64,000 nucleotides of DNA from positions 19,876-83,875 of IMG/VR virus record IMGVR_UViG_3300030433_001358; one strand, given 5' to 3'. Positions 28,852 to 37,695 of this stretch are shown here, piece by piece. Numbering within the stretch: the stretch's first letter is position 1; each line of letters begins with the position of its first letter. The notes under the pieces are model-generated. The model was not told the DNA's origin, made no database searches, and saw nothing but the letters and a program-made list of their open reading frames with translations. The translations under genes and the position numbers were made by a program. The DNA is from a virus (lineage: Duplodnaviria; Caudoviricetes).

Positions 28852-29115
28852 TTAAATAATAAATGCTACTTCAACAATTTTATAATATGGACCTTCTTCC
28901 TCTGGCATTTCTTCCAGATTGTAATTAATTGTATATGTGACTGTGTTCTTCTCTGTACAATTACGTTCAACCTTACTCCGGACCTTCCAGCCAATAACGT
29001 CTTTAGGCAGGACGGCAGCTTTCTTTAGTTTATCAATGTCGTGTGAAAACAGGTAACTCCCACTCCAATAGCTTTCTTTATCCTTCAATACTTGCAAACC
29101 ATACAACTTTTTCAT
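28852..29115 (-). CDS. Hypothetical protein
   Basis: 87 aa with RBS. Confidence 0.65.
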   Translation of the reverse strand: MKKLYGLQVLKDKESYWSGSYLFSHDIDKLKKAAVLPKDVIGWKVRSKVERNCTEKNTVTYTINYNLEEMPEEEGPYYKIVEVAFII

Positions 29116-29125
29116 TTAGTTCTCC

Positions 29126-29665
29126 TTAATAAAACAACATATCATAAAATTTAACTAGAAACTTACTATCCCAACTACTGAAAGACATTGCAACATCACA
29201 CTCAACATCTTGTATATATTTAGTAGAATATCGCACACGTTTTGTCTCTTTAAACTTAGCTAGGATACTGTTTCTGTCATCAATCATAGCAACTACAGAA
29301 TCATTCATCAAGTGTTTTTCTTTCGTAGCAATATACCCTTCCATAAAAGGAAAGTGCTGTTGTAACCAATAATACTTACTCTTGTTGTGATTCCCCTTGA
29401 CAGAGCTAATAAAGACAATACCAAAATCCTCAGAAAGGTATTTAAGAGTATCAACACTACCTTCAATTGGTTGGAATTGATTGTAGTTCAAGTCTCTCCA
29501 ATAAGCATAGGGGTCTCCGCACTGTGGATAGTATTTACTGAAATCATACTCAATCATTGGTGTCTTAACATAACCATGCTTCTCAGCCAACCACTCACAC
29601 CACCCCACATCACTAGGACAAACTGTCAGGTCGCAATCAACTCCAATCAATTTCTTAGGCATCAT
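29126..29665 (-). CDS. HAD-family 5'(3')-deoxyribonucleotidase
   Basis: 'IGVDCDLTV' DxD motif, 'KYYWLQQHFPF', 'MIDDR'; start refined. Confidence 0.8.
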   Translation of the reverse strand: MMPKKLIGVDCDLTVCPSDVGWCEWLAEKHGYVKTPMIEYDFSKYYPQCGDPYAYWRDLNYNQFQPIEGSVDTLKYLSEDFGIVFISSVKGNHNKSKYYWLQQHFPFMEGYIATKEKHLMNDSVVAMIDDRNSILAKFKETKRVRYSTKYIQDVECDVAMSFSSWDSKFLVKFYDMLFY

Positions 29666-30281
29666 CTTTCTCCAAACTTTCGTAATACATCTCTCGTGCT
29701 CTGTCAATAGTACATTGCAGCTCTTCAATTAGCTCAATTTCTGTATGACCTTTTCCTGTCCCTCGTAGAGTCTTCTTGACCAGATGTTCCTGCCATCCTC
29801 CAAGATTATAGACAGTGGATACACGGTAGGGGTCAACCTTCACCATCACAAAACCGTTAGCAATATCTTCTTCAGAAAGATTAAGACGGAAAGAATAACG
29901 ATAATGTTTACCATAGTCTTGAATAACACGTTCTACTTCTTCCTCCATCTCTGGAGGAGAAACAGCTACATATTCCTCATCTGCTCCAAGTGTACGATTA
30001 TCCCATTGTTCTGTGTTGTCATCTTCAAGCGTATTGAGTTTAACAACAGGACAAACCCCAAAGGATTCTAGTCCTACAACATTGTTTATTCCGGGTTTTT
30101 CTGTTTCCAGTTGTGTATCGTAAGGGATAATACGAACACCTGCTGTATTCACATCCCTAAGCACATCGCGATACTCGCCATGCTCCACAACTTCAACATA
30201 CTTACCAACATCGTCCCATTTAAAACCATAACCACCTTGTTTAATTAGGACAACATCCCCAACCTTTAGTTTAGTCTTCAT
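29655..30281 (-). CDS. Hypothetical two-domain protein
   Basis: 208 aa; KOW/SH3-like N-terminus, 'GKHY...VDPYRV...EHLVKK.LR.G.KG' C-terminal domain. Confidence 0.7.
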   Translation of the reverse strand: MKTKLKVGDVVLIKQGGYGFKWDDVGKYVEVVEHGEYRDVLRDVNTAGVRIIPYDTQLETEKPGINNVVGLESFGVCPVVKLNTLEDDNTEQWDNRTLGADEEYVAVSPPEMEEEVERVIQDYGKHYRYSFRLNLSEEDIANGFVMVKVDPYRVSTVYNLGGWQEHLVKKTLRGTGKGHTEIELIEELQCTIDRAREMYYESLEKDDA

Positions 30282-30315
30282 TTATTCCTCCTTTACTATG
30301 TACTCAAAGTATTGC

Positions 30316-30882
30316 TCATCCATGATGTCTCTCTGTGTATCCTGCACCTAGTGAGTTTAATTCATCAATCATCTTCTGTCTATACTCAACTGCAAGATTG
30401 TAAGCATTTTCATAACCATACTTCCTTACATTGAAGGATTTACTCCTAAGTTTACCATCAAGGTCAGACCACACAGCCCTCCAGAGGTAAGACTTATTCC
30501 CACTTCTCTGAGTATTAACACAAAGATTCACACCAACTTTACCGGACGTGTTGTCTCGTCTGGGAGTACAGTTCCTTGCATTCCCCTTTCTATCAACAAC
30601 TCTTAGATTGCTAAGTTTGTTATTAGTCTTGTCACCATCTATATGATCAATGAACATCCCCTGTTCGATTGGTCCAAAATGCAACTCCCAAATTATTCTG
30701 TGAACTAGGATCAACCTCCCTTCTTTGCGTACTTGGTAGTAACCACTGCTGTTAATGCTGCCGGCAACATCCCCTACGCTCACGTTCTTAAAATTCTTCC
30801 ATCGTCCTGAATAAATGTCTACAGCCCACCTAAGGCAAGAAGGGCTGGACTCATCGTAGACATAAAGTTGGCTGATTTCCAT
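30316..30882 (-). mobile_element. HNH homing endonuclease with AP2-like domain
   Basis: 'LVHRIIWELHFG...IDHIDGDKTNNKLSNLRVV...NTSGKVGV'; paralogue of 25374..25952. Confidence 0.85.
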
Positions 30883-30960
30883 AACTAAACAATAGTCCTA
30901 AGTAAACATTCATCTCTAGTGTAGGTAATACCACCCTTCTCACAAACTTCCCAAACAGCA

Positions 30961-31743
30961 TCAGAGTTCATTGCGTCCATACCTCTCCTTCAAGTAGTTT
31001 AATGAGACTGGCATTGGTAATGCAAAACCATCTTCAACTTCATGCAACATTACAACACCTCGAAAATGGTTATTACCCGTAAAACCTTTATAGTCTTCAA
31101 GGTGTTCATAGCAAGCGCCATTCACAATACCAAGCTGATGTTTACCATCAATAGTTGGTCGGATTGCAATATCCAACACCTGACGATGACCCACAACAAA
31201 ACTACGACCTACGGTTTTCAACACATTCATTGCAGTACCAGCATACGGCTTTCCGCTCATAGGGTTAGCTAGGTAATGCACAAAGAAGATACCATCAATC
31301 TCTACAGGTTGCAAGAAAGGATGTACTTCCCAGCCGTATTGTTCAAGGTTCAGTGTATCCATCCCAACAAAACCTTCAAACTCTGGCATCTCACTTGAAA
31401 CACGATCAAAGCGATTTTCATGATTACCTGTGCAAAAAACCATCCGTGGAGAGTATACTTTCTTTTTGAATCGGCGCTGTTGGCGCTGAAGCTCCCAAAG
31501 AGGTTTTACTAGATTCTTTAGTCCTTGATTTCCAGCTTCAATATCAGCTTTGAGACGACGACCTTCAAAAGACAGTTTACCTCTGTCGTAAGTGCTAAGG
31601 GACTCGAAATCGTAGTTATCTCCGATGTGTACAACAATATCTGGCCGCTTGTCAACAATGTACTTCCCAATCCAAGTCATATAGTCCAAACTAATCCCCG
31701 GTTTACACTGTGTGTCACCAATTACTAAAATCTTCTTACTCAC
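30961..31743 (-). CDS. Calcineurin-like metallophosphoesterase
   Basis: 'IGDTQ', 'HIGDNYD', 'GNHE', 'VVGH' motifs. Confidence 0.85.
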   Translation of the reverse strand: MSKKILVIGDTQCKPGISLDYMTWIGKYIVDKRPDIVVHIGDNYDFESLSTYDRGKLSFEGRRLKADIEAGNQGLKNLVKPLWELQRQQRRFKKKVYSPRMVFCTGNHENRFDRVSSEMPEFEGFVGMDTLNLEQYGWEVHPFLQPVEIDGIFFVHYLANPMSGKPYAGTAMNVLKTVGRSFVVGHRQVLDIAIRPTIDGKHQLGIVNGACYEHLEDYKGFTGNNHFRGVVMLHEVEDGFALPMPVSLNYLKERYGRNEL

Positions 31744-31963
31744 CCTTCTCCTCCTCTTTCATATTCTCAATCAATGCTGTAATAACCACTTTACTAAATC
31801 CACAAACAGCCCAAAACACTTCTGTTCGGTCTGAATCAGGCATTAGATGATATGTGTTTTCACAGATACCTAGCAATTCAAGAAACTCCTCGCATTGCTC
31901 TAAATCTGTCATCTGTTGTCTCTGCTTCTGTTTTGAAGCAAAGTCTACAATATTATCTGTCAT
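31736..31963 (-). CDS. Hypothetical protein
   Basis: 75 aa; overlaps neighbour. Confidence 0.6.
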   Translation of the reverse strand: MTDNIVDFASKQKQRQQMTDLEQCEEFLELLGICENTYHLMPDSDRTEVFWAVCGFSKVVITALIENMKEEEKGE

Positions 31964-32054
31964 TAAAGAATTCCTGTAGAGAAAGACCAGAGGTGCCAGA
32001 ACACCACCCCTTCAATGTATTTACTGCACCAATAATAAAGCCAATAGTTTTCCA

Positions 32055-32252
32055 TTATTCCCTCCATTTCTGCATTGTACCAGCATCATCAAAACTACCT
32101 TCTTCCAACAAACCCTCCACCCCATCTACCACAACAATAACCGGATTATTAAGCTGTTGTTTAATAAGCAACAGTTCTTGTTCCGCTTTGTCTAAACGAT
32201 CAGAGAATTGTTGAAATTGTTTCTGAATACAATCCCATTCATAGGCGTTCAT
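32055..32252 (-). CDS. Hypothetical coiled-coil protein
   Basis: 65 aa. Confidence 0.55.
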   Translation of the reverse strand: MNAYEWDCIQKQFQQFSDRLDKAEQELLLIKQQLNNPVIVVVDGVEGLLEEGSFDDAGTMQKWRE

Positions 32253-32769
32253 TGTGTTCCTCCCTCAGCTTATTCACAATCTGCTCACGTCGCTTTGCAG
32301 CAGTTGAAGCAGGAGTTATATTATGATCCAATAGCCACTGTTTGTCCAGCTTTTGTTTGCAAATAGCAATAGCTGTCTTTTCTACATAGGCTTCTTGGAA
32401 TGTGAGTCCCTTTCGTTGGCTGAGATTGATAACTTCGTGACATTCCACACACACCTCCTGAACATCATCAAAACCGACCCACAAGATCATTCTAGCCCAT
32501 TCAGTGAAAGACTCCCAGTCTGTAAAGCCATAACCACCGTGTAGATGATCTACTTGACAGTCTCTAGATTGCTTACCACAAACTTCACAATCACTAACCC
32601 ACACGTCCTTCCCGTTCTTACCAACAGGGGCTTTATAACGCCTACTCTGCTTATAGGCAATCTTAACTGGATGACGTGACCAGATACGTCTGATTGAACC
32701 TCTTAGCCAATTAAGATAGGCTTTCTCATCCTTCCAAGGTGAGTTTGGAATTTCCCAAGGCTCTTTCAT
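32239..32769 (-). CDS. Zn-finger HNH-type endonuclease (probably core replication nuclease)
   Basis: 'CEVCG...QVDH...VCVECHEVI' CxxC-DH-CxxCH. Confidence 0.75.
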   Translation of the reverse strand: MKEPWEIPNSPWKDEKAYLNWLRGSIRRIWSRHPVKIAYKQSRRYKAPVGKNGKDVWVSDCEVCGKQSRDCQVDHLHGGYGFTDWESFTEWARMILWVGFDDVQEVCVECHEVINLSQRKGLTFQEAYVEKTAIAICKQKLDKQWLLDHNITPASTAAKRREQIVNKLREEHNERL

Positions 32770-32770
32770 A

Positions 32771-32953
32771 CTACCCCATCATAATCAATGTTGGTTTATC
32801 TAGGCCAAGTTCTTCACAGATACGGGTAAGTTCTTCGTCTGCTGCTTTCCACTTAGCTAAAGCATCTAGAGTTTTCTTCTTACTAGATTCCAAGTCAACG
32901 TCTTTCGGCTTTTTAAGGTCAAAGGTTTGAGCACCATCCCAGATTCCTGTCAT
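32771..32953 (-). CDS. Hypothetical protein
   Basis: 60 aa; coupled. Confidence 0.55.
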   Translation of the reverse strand: MTGIWDGAQTFDLKKPKDVDLESSKKKTLDALAKWKAADEELTRICEELGLDKPTLIMMG

Positions 32954-33903
32954 ATGTTTACTCCTAGATATCTATTTAAGTCCCACTCATCCTTTTCATG
33001 CCTCAACAAATACAGAAAGAAACCGTTATCATCTAGCCGTTCTTCCCAACCATCATCCTCACCGTACATTGCAGAGTAGCATTCATATACTCTAGAGGCT
33101 AGATCAGCTTCTGTCTTACAATCAGCAAGAATCTTCTTAGCTGTAGCAGGGCCAACTCCACTAACTTTAATGTTAAATTGCTCCCTTGTACTCTTGGCTA
33201 GTTGTTCAATACCGGGAATGGCATCAGCATTGTCACCTACTAACAACTGCGTGGCAAAGTTGTAAGATTGTTTAAATCCATCGTTCCAGAAGATTCCGTC
33301 CTCTAGCTTGTTGTAGTTCAGCATCCATCCTCGACTGTTGGCAGCTAAATCTTTATCACAATAAGCCAGAACAACATTACACTTCTCTTTATCCCTAGAA
33401 CTAACCCCTTTGTTGTAGCTCTCCCAAGCCATGATGTTGCAAGTATCGTCAGTCTCCCGTCCTTCTGAGAGAATCACTTTATCTTTGTACTTCTTTAGGA
33501 AATACTCCCTGCAATCTTCAAACAGGATTGGTTTTTCACTCCTACCCCCTTTATAGTTTACAAACTTGGATGTGTAGTCTTTACGGAAGTTCCCTTCCCC
33601 TTCAATACAGAGAACATAATCCCCACACCCAGAGGCATCTACAATCTTCTCCACTTTCTGTTTGATTGCTTGAAAAGCAAATCGTGGTTCTGCGTCTGGT
33701 TTAAGTTCTGATATTGTTTCAAACGAATAGCCTACTTTGTCTCGATTGTTCTCTTTAGCCCACTCATTAAATGCTGTCTTAGATTCAAACAAACGCTGAC
33801 TTCCGTACTCATTGTTTGTAGCTAGGCATTTGTTAAGTTGCTGTTGGGCTGCTGAACTATATAATAAAGTATCAGCATCAATAACTAATATTTTGTTAGT
33901 CAC
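32950..33903 (-). CDS. 5'-3' exonuclease (T7 gp6/FEN-like)
   Basis: 'VIDADTLLY', 'NFRKD...YKGGR', 'ETDD', 'DKDL', 'GDNADAIPGI...GVGPATA'. Confidence 0.9.
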   Translation of the reverse strand: MTNKILVIDADTLLYSSAAQQQLNKCLATNNEYGSQRLFESKTAFNEWAKENNRDKVGYSFETISELKPDAEPRFAFQAIKQKVEKIVDASGCGDYVLCIEGEGNFRKDYTSKFVNYKGGRSEKPILFEDCREYFLKKYKDKVILSEGRETDDTCNIMAWESYNKGVSSRDKEKCNVVLAYCDKDLAANSRGWMLNYNKLEDGIFWNDGFKQSYNFATQLLVGDNADAIPGIEQLAKSTREQFNIKVSGVGPATAKKILADCKTEADLASRVYECYSAMYGEDDGWEERLDDNGFFLYLLRHEKDEWDLNRYLGVNI

Positions 33904-34478
33904 CTAACTACCTCCGTTGCTGTCAATCTCAATAACATCCTCCGACAATCTCTAGTTACAATAGGTCCACGATGAAGCTGGAATCTGTTATAAGCAGATA
34001 TATGGCTTGGCTTTGCTGTAACATACGGAAGACTTTCAGCGTCTAGGTCAGACAAGCATGAATTGAAATGATTTGTTGTCGCAGTGTATTCAATTGGTTG
34101 TGCTACAAAATCTGTACCAAACTCCGTAGAGTAGATTAAGTGATGATCTGGATTACTTTTATGGTTAGGGTTTGAGACAACATCCAGATGCCATCCTTCT
34201 AATATGCAACCACAGTCACCTACCTTCAAGTCCCTCACTTTATAATCGACTAACCAACGCATCCCTTTGTCATCAATAAGGCTCATCATATCCAACATCT
34301 TTTCTAAAAGTGGCTGAACAGATTTGTGAACACCTTTATCAAAAGCCCAATCCCAGCGTTTATATTTAAACTCTTGAACAGGGAGCGAAGCAAAGGCTTC
34401 GTCCCGGTATTCAAACAAATCCAATGAAAGACTATCTTTGTTTAGATAGAGGTTAGTATCCGCAGTCATAATCATCAA
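33900..34478 (-). CDS. 2OG-Fe(II) dioxygenase-like protein
   Basis: HxD 'GWHLD', distal H 'LHRG', terminal 'RMLLR' 2OG-binding Arg. Confidence 0.7.
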   Translation of the reverse strand: MMIMTADTNLYLNKDSLSLDLFEYRDEAFASLPVQEFKYKRWDWAFDKGVHKSVQPLLEKMLDMMSLIDDKGMRWLVDYKVRDLKVGDCGCILEGWHLDVVSNPNHKSNPDHHLIYSTEFGTDFVAQPIEYTATTNHFNSCLSDLDAESLPYVTAKPSHISAYNRFQLHRGPIVTRDCRRMLLRLTATEVVR

Positions 34479-34932
34479 CGTCTACTTTAACTTTCCCGTC
34501 TTCATTTCGTGTCACTACAATGCGGAAGTCTGTATGAAAGACACGTTCAATAATTTCCTCATACTTATCAATATCGGCTTTCGCTTCCGAGAGAGTAAGG
34601 CACTCAATGTTTAGGTGAGTACGTTCTTCTTCATCCCACTCAAAATCTTCCTCGAAGTTACCAGATTCGTCCTCAAAATCTGGATATGAATGATCCCGCC
34701 AACTAGAAGTATGCATTTCTCCTGTGTAGGTGCATTGTTGGTGGTAACAAGGCTCACCATCATTGAAACCCATTGTCCACCCTACAATACCAACAACATT
34801 CAAACCCGGATGCTTGTCAAACACTTCTTGAAAAAGAGATTCAATAAAAGCCTCTCCGTTTGCAACAATCTGGTCATTAAGTTCTGCATTCACTTCTTCA
34901 TATTGTTTCAACAGCGTTTTGATATCAGCCAT
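34453..34932 (-). CDS. Acidic hypothetical protein
   Basis: 'FDKHPGL...GWTMGFNDGEPC' motif seen in phage proteins. Confidence 0.7.
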   Translation of the reverse strand: MADIKTLLKQYEEVNAELNDQIVANGEAFIESLFQEVFDKHPGLNVVGIVGWTMGFNDGEPCYHQQCTYTGEMHTSSWRDHSYPDFEDESGNFEEDFEWDEEERTHLNIECLTLSEAKADIDKYEEIIERVFHTDFRIVVTRNEDGKVKVDVDDYDCGY

Positions 34933-35189
34933 CAGCTCAACTCCTCAATTAGAGTATCTAGTTCCATTAGCTCTTCAGCCTTCTCCTTCAGATCATTCTG
35001 TTTAGCATAAGCCTTAGCAGCTTTTAGTGTTTTAGCTACAACATCTTTAGACAGACCATCAGTATTTGTATCAGCATCGTATGTGTATTCGGCTTTCAGT
35101 TCTTTCAGAAACTCTTGTGCATCAATAATCTCTGTTTCATAGCCGTAGGCTTTCTTGAATAGTTCTTGTTTCATTTGTTGTTCAGACAT
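34932..35189 (-). CDS. Helical protein, possibly DsbA/GapR-like dsDNA-binding
   Basis: 85 aa all-helical protein in the replication module; weak resemblance only. Confidence 0.4.
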   Translation of the reverse strand: MSEQQMKQELFKKAYGYETEIIDAQEFLKELKAEYTYDADTNTDGLSKDVVAKTLKAAKAYAKQNDLKEKAEELMELDTLIEELS

Positions 35190-35199
35190 TTAGTTCTCC

Positions 35200-35619
35200 T
35201 TATTTATCGTTAGTTGCTTCTAGACGTTGGAGTGCTTTTGAGTATACATCAATCATCTGTGCATTGTTTGATTTGGTAGCATTCCACAGACCAAACATGA
35301 GCCATTGTTTAACTGATTCCTTTGTAACTTCATCATAATCTTCTTCAAACAATTCGTAAGTCAGCGCATTTGATATTCGACTTATTTTCATAAAACGAAG
35401 ACCGAGTTTCTCAATAGTGTTTTCAAGAACACAGATACTATTTGCATTTTCAGGCATGAAATCAACGGGTTGATTAGGGTTTCTAAGGGCTAGTGTGATG
35501 CACTCTAGAACATTAGCTGTTGTTTTACCAGTAATACCTCCATCTGCACCTACAGCCTTTTCAAAAATCTTATAAGAGTCTTCACCAAGAATCTCTTTTG
35601 CTAGTTTGTTTACTTTCAT
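35200..35619 (-). CDS. Hypothetical protein
   Basis: 139 aa with RBS. Confidence 0.65.
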   Translation of the reverse strand: MKVNKLAKEILGEDSYKIFEKAVGADGGITGKTTANVLECITLALRNPNQPVDFMPENANSICVLENTIEKLGLRFMKISRISNALTYELFEEDYDEVTKESVKQWLMFGLWNATKSNNAQMIDVYSKALQRLEATNDK

Positions 35620-35698
35620 AATCTCTCCTTATTTGGATTTAAAAGTCGGGTTATCAAGAATATTTCCCAATAACCCGCAGTTTATTGCTGATTAGACC

Positions 35699-36703
35699 TT
35701 AAAATGGGCAGTCGTCTAGATCAGGATCATGCTCAGTATTTACTTCAGCATTATAGCCCTCGTTTGGAGCTTTTTCAGCCTTCTTAGCTTTAACAGGCTT
35801 AGACGCCTTAACTTCTTCCTTTGGAGCTTCACTGGAAGAGCTACCACCACGTAGGGATTCAATCTGCTTCTGAATAACACTACCCTCGTAGTTGCTAGCC
35901 TTCTTGATTGTGTTGACTACATGAGCACGAAGCTCTTTAACAGCATCCTCTGGGTTTTCCTTGTTAAACTGAATCAGCATTGGTGTAGTGATATGCTCTG
36001 GTGCTGTCTGACCACGACCAAGACCACTTACAAACTTAACATATTCAGTATAATACTTCTTACCCTTGCTCTCCTTGAAGAACACTTGAGCCTCAAACTG
36101 GAATGCTTTACCGAGCAGTTCGTCAATTCGTTGAGGAACAAATACTTCATTTGGTTTAATGATCTTCGCTGCTACAGCCATCTTGTGAAACAGATTCTTT
36201 TGATCAAGGCTCCAATCACCAAGTTTCTTGTTCACTTTGAGAGGCGTAGGACGACCGACCACCATGCCAACATTCTCAATGTAGAACTGACCCCCAAGCC
36301 ACAGACGTAGAGGAAGAGGTTTACTCTCACCAAAGAAGCTGCCTTTGTCTACGATAATTTCGGGGAAGTCTACAGCTACAGCAACACACTGCACTGGTTT
36401 CTGCGGCCAGCATTTGTAACGTACCTTGTTCTTACTTACAGGATCAATACCATCCTTAAAGTATGTATCAGGCATTTCAGCTACAGCTTTACGCTCATCT
36501 TCCTCTGTCCCATTGAACACCACTTCAGCATCTGGTTGTTCTTGTGTACCAAGGTCTACAATCATAGACACATAACCAACCAGAGTTTCACGTTGTTCAA
36601 GCTCTGCTGTCTCGACCACATAAGCATTTAGCTCATCGAAATTGACAGACTTAGTTGAAGTGTTACCACCATTTTGTGCTGCACCGTATGAATCAAAACT
36701 CAT
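35699..36703 (-). CDS. Putative single-stranded DNA-binding/recombination protein
   Basis: 334 aa; low-complexity linker and acidic aromatic tail 'DPDLDDCPF'. Confidence 0.65.
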   Translation of the reverse strand: MSFDSYGAAQNGGNTSTKSVNFDELNAYVVETAELEQRETLVGYVSMIVDLGTQEQPDAEVVFNGTEEDERKAVAEMPDTYFKDGIDPVSKNKVRYKCWPQKPVQCVAVAVDFPEIIVDKGSFFGESKPLPLRLWLGGQFYIENVGMVVGRPTPLKVNKKLGDWSLDQKNLFHKMAVAAKIIKPNEVFVPQRIDELLGKAFQFEAQVFFKESKGKKYYTEYVKFVSGLGRGQTAPEHITTPMLIQFNKENPEDAVKELRAHVVNTIKKASNYEGSVIQKQIESLRGGSSSSEAPKEEVKASKPVKAKKAEKAPNEGYNAEVNTEHDPDLDDCPF

Positions 36704-36761
36704 ATTTTAAATCTCCTATTTCACATTTAGATTGGAGGGAGCAATTGTCCCTCCGTTTACA

Positions 36762-36980
36762 TCAAGCACTTTGCTTGAATTCTGTTTTCATATCTTGATA
36801 AATCTTCCTTTGGCTATCCTTCAGCTTTGCTGTGTACACAACATAACTAAAAGCTCGTCCTGTCAAATCCATCCATTGTTTCTGATATGTCTTAAACTCG
36901 TAGTCTACATAAGGAAGATTGTCTTGTACAGCTAGGACAAGAGCAGCCTTACGAAGTTCTTTACATTTTTTAGCGTTCAA
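36762..36980 (-). CDS. Basic hypothetical protein
   Basis: Probable TTG start 36980 after AGGAG. Confidence 0.55.
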   Translation of the reverse strand: MNAKKCKELRKAALVLAVQDNLPYVDYEFKTYQKQWMDLTGRAFSYVVYTAKLKDSQRKIYQDMKTEFKQSA

Positions 36981-36993
36981 TCTGTTTCTCCTT

Positions 36994-37197
36994 TTATTTA
37001 AGCATTTTACCGATAACGAAAAGAATACCAAATACACCCAGCAACCCTAGTACGAAAGCAAACGGAATCCAGAAAGGACTCAGTACCCAAATCCAACTCC
37101 ATGTTGCTACAACACCCCAACCACCAAGTTTCAGTGTTACAAAGATCAGACCAAGAATTCCCAGAATTGGGAAACTTACAGTAGTTTTATTTTCCAC
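36994..37197 (-). CDS. Small membrane protein ('TLKL...WSWIWVLSPFW' family)
   Basis: Two TM helices with Trp-rich motif common in phages. Confidence 0.75.
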   Translation of the reverse strand: MENKTTVSFPILGILGLIFVTLKLGGWGVVATWSWIWVLSPFWIPFAFVLGLLGVFGILFVIGKMLK

Positions 37198-37632
37198 ATT
37201 CCCTCCTTAACGAATCACACATTCAATAGTTTTCTGTTGAACAATCTGTACATCAGGGTAGCGACTTTTGAGACGTTGTTTAGCCTCCCGTGCATCCTTC
37301 CGTGTGAATTGTTCGTCTACAACAAGGTCATTGCTTACAAGTTTATAAAAGTAGTGTTTCATTTAATTTCCTCCTCAAGTATTACACGGTAATTTACAGA
37401 ATTACGGTATTCTGGGTTTTCAAGAGTAATCCAACCGAACGGGGTTGAACACTGAACAATATAATTCTGGTTCTTAGAAATCGAGATGAAATCTTCACTC
37501 ATCTCCCCATCAGCTTTACACAACTCTTGCAAGTGCATTTCACATCTCCTCTTTTAATAAAGCCATAGTGGCGTTTGAACGACAGGGACTAGCGTAGTCT
37601 ATCCCGTCTCCTTTTTCATTTGATGTACTAAT

Positions 37633-37660
37633 ATTCTATCACATTTCTGGGGTATGTCAA
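37633..37660 (-). promoter_or_regulatory. sigma70-type promoter downstream of polA
   Basis: Minus strand TTGACA-N16-TAGAAT with TGn extension. Confidence 0.7.
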
Positions 37661-37695
37661 GGAATATTAGCAGATTATTTCAAGTATTTTCATGA

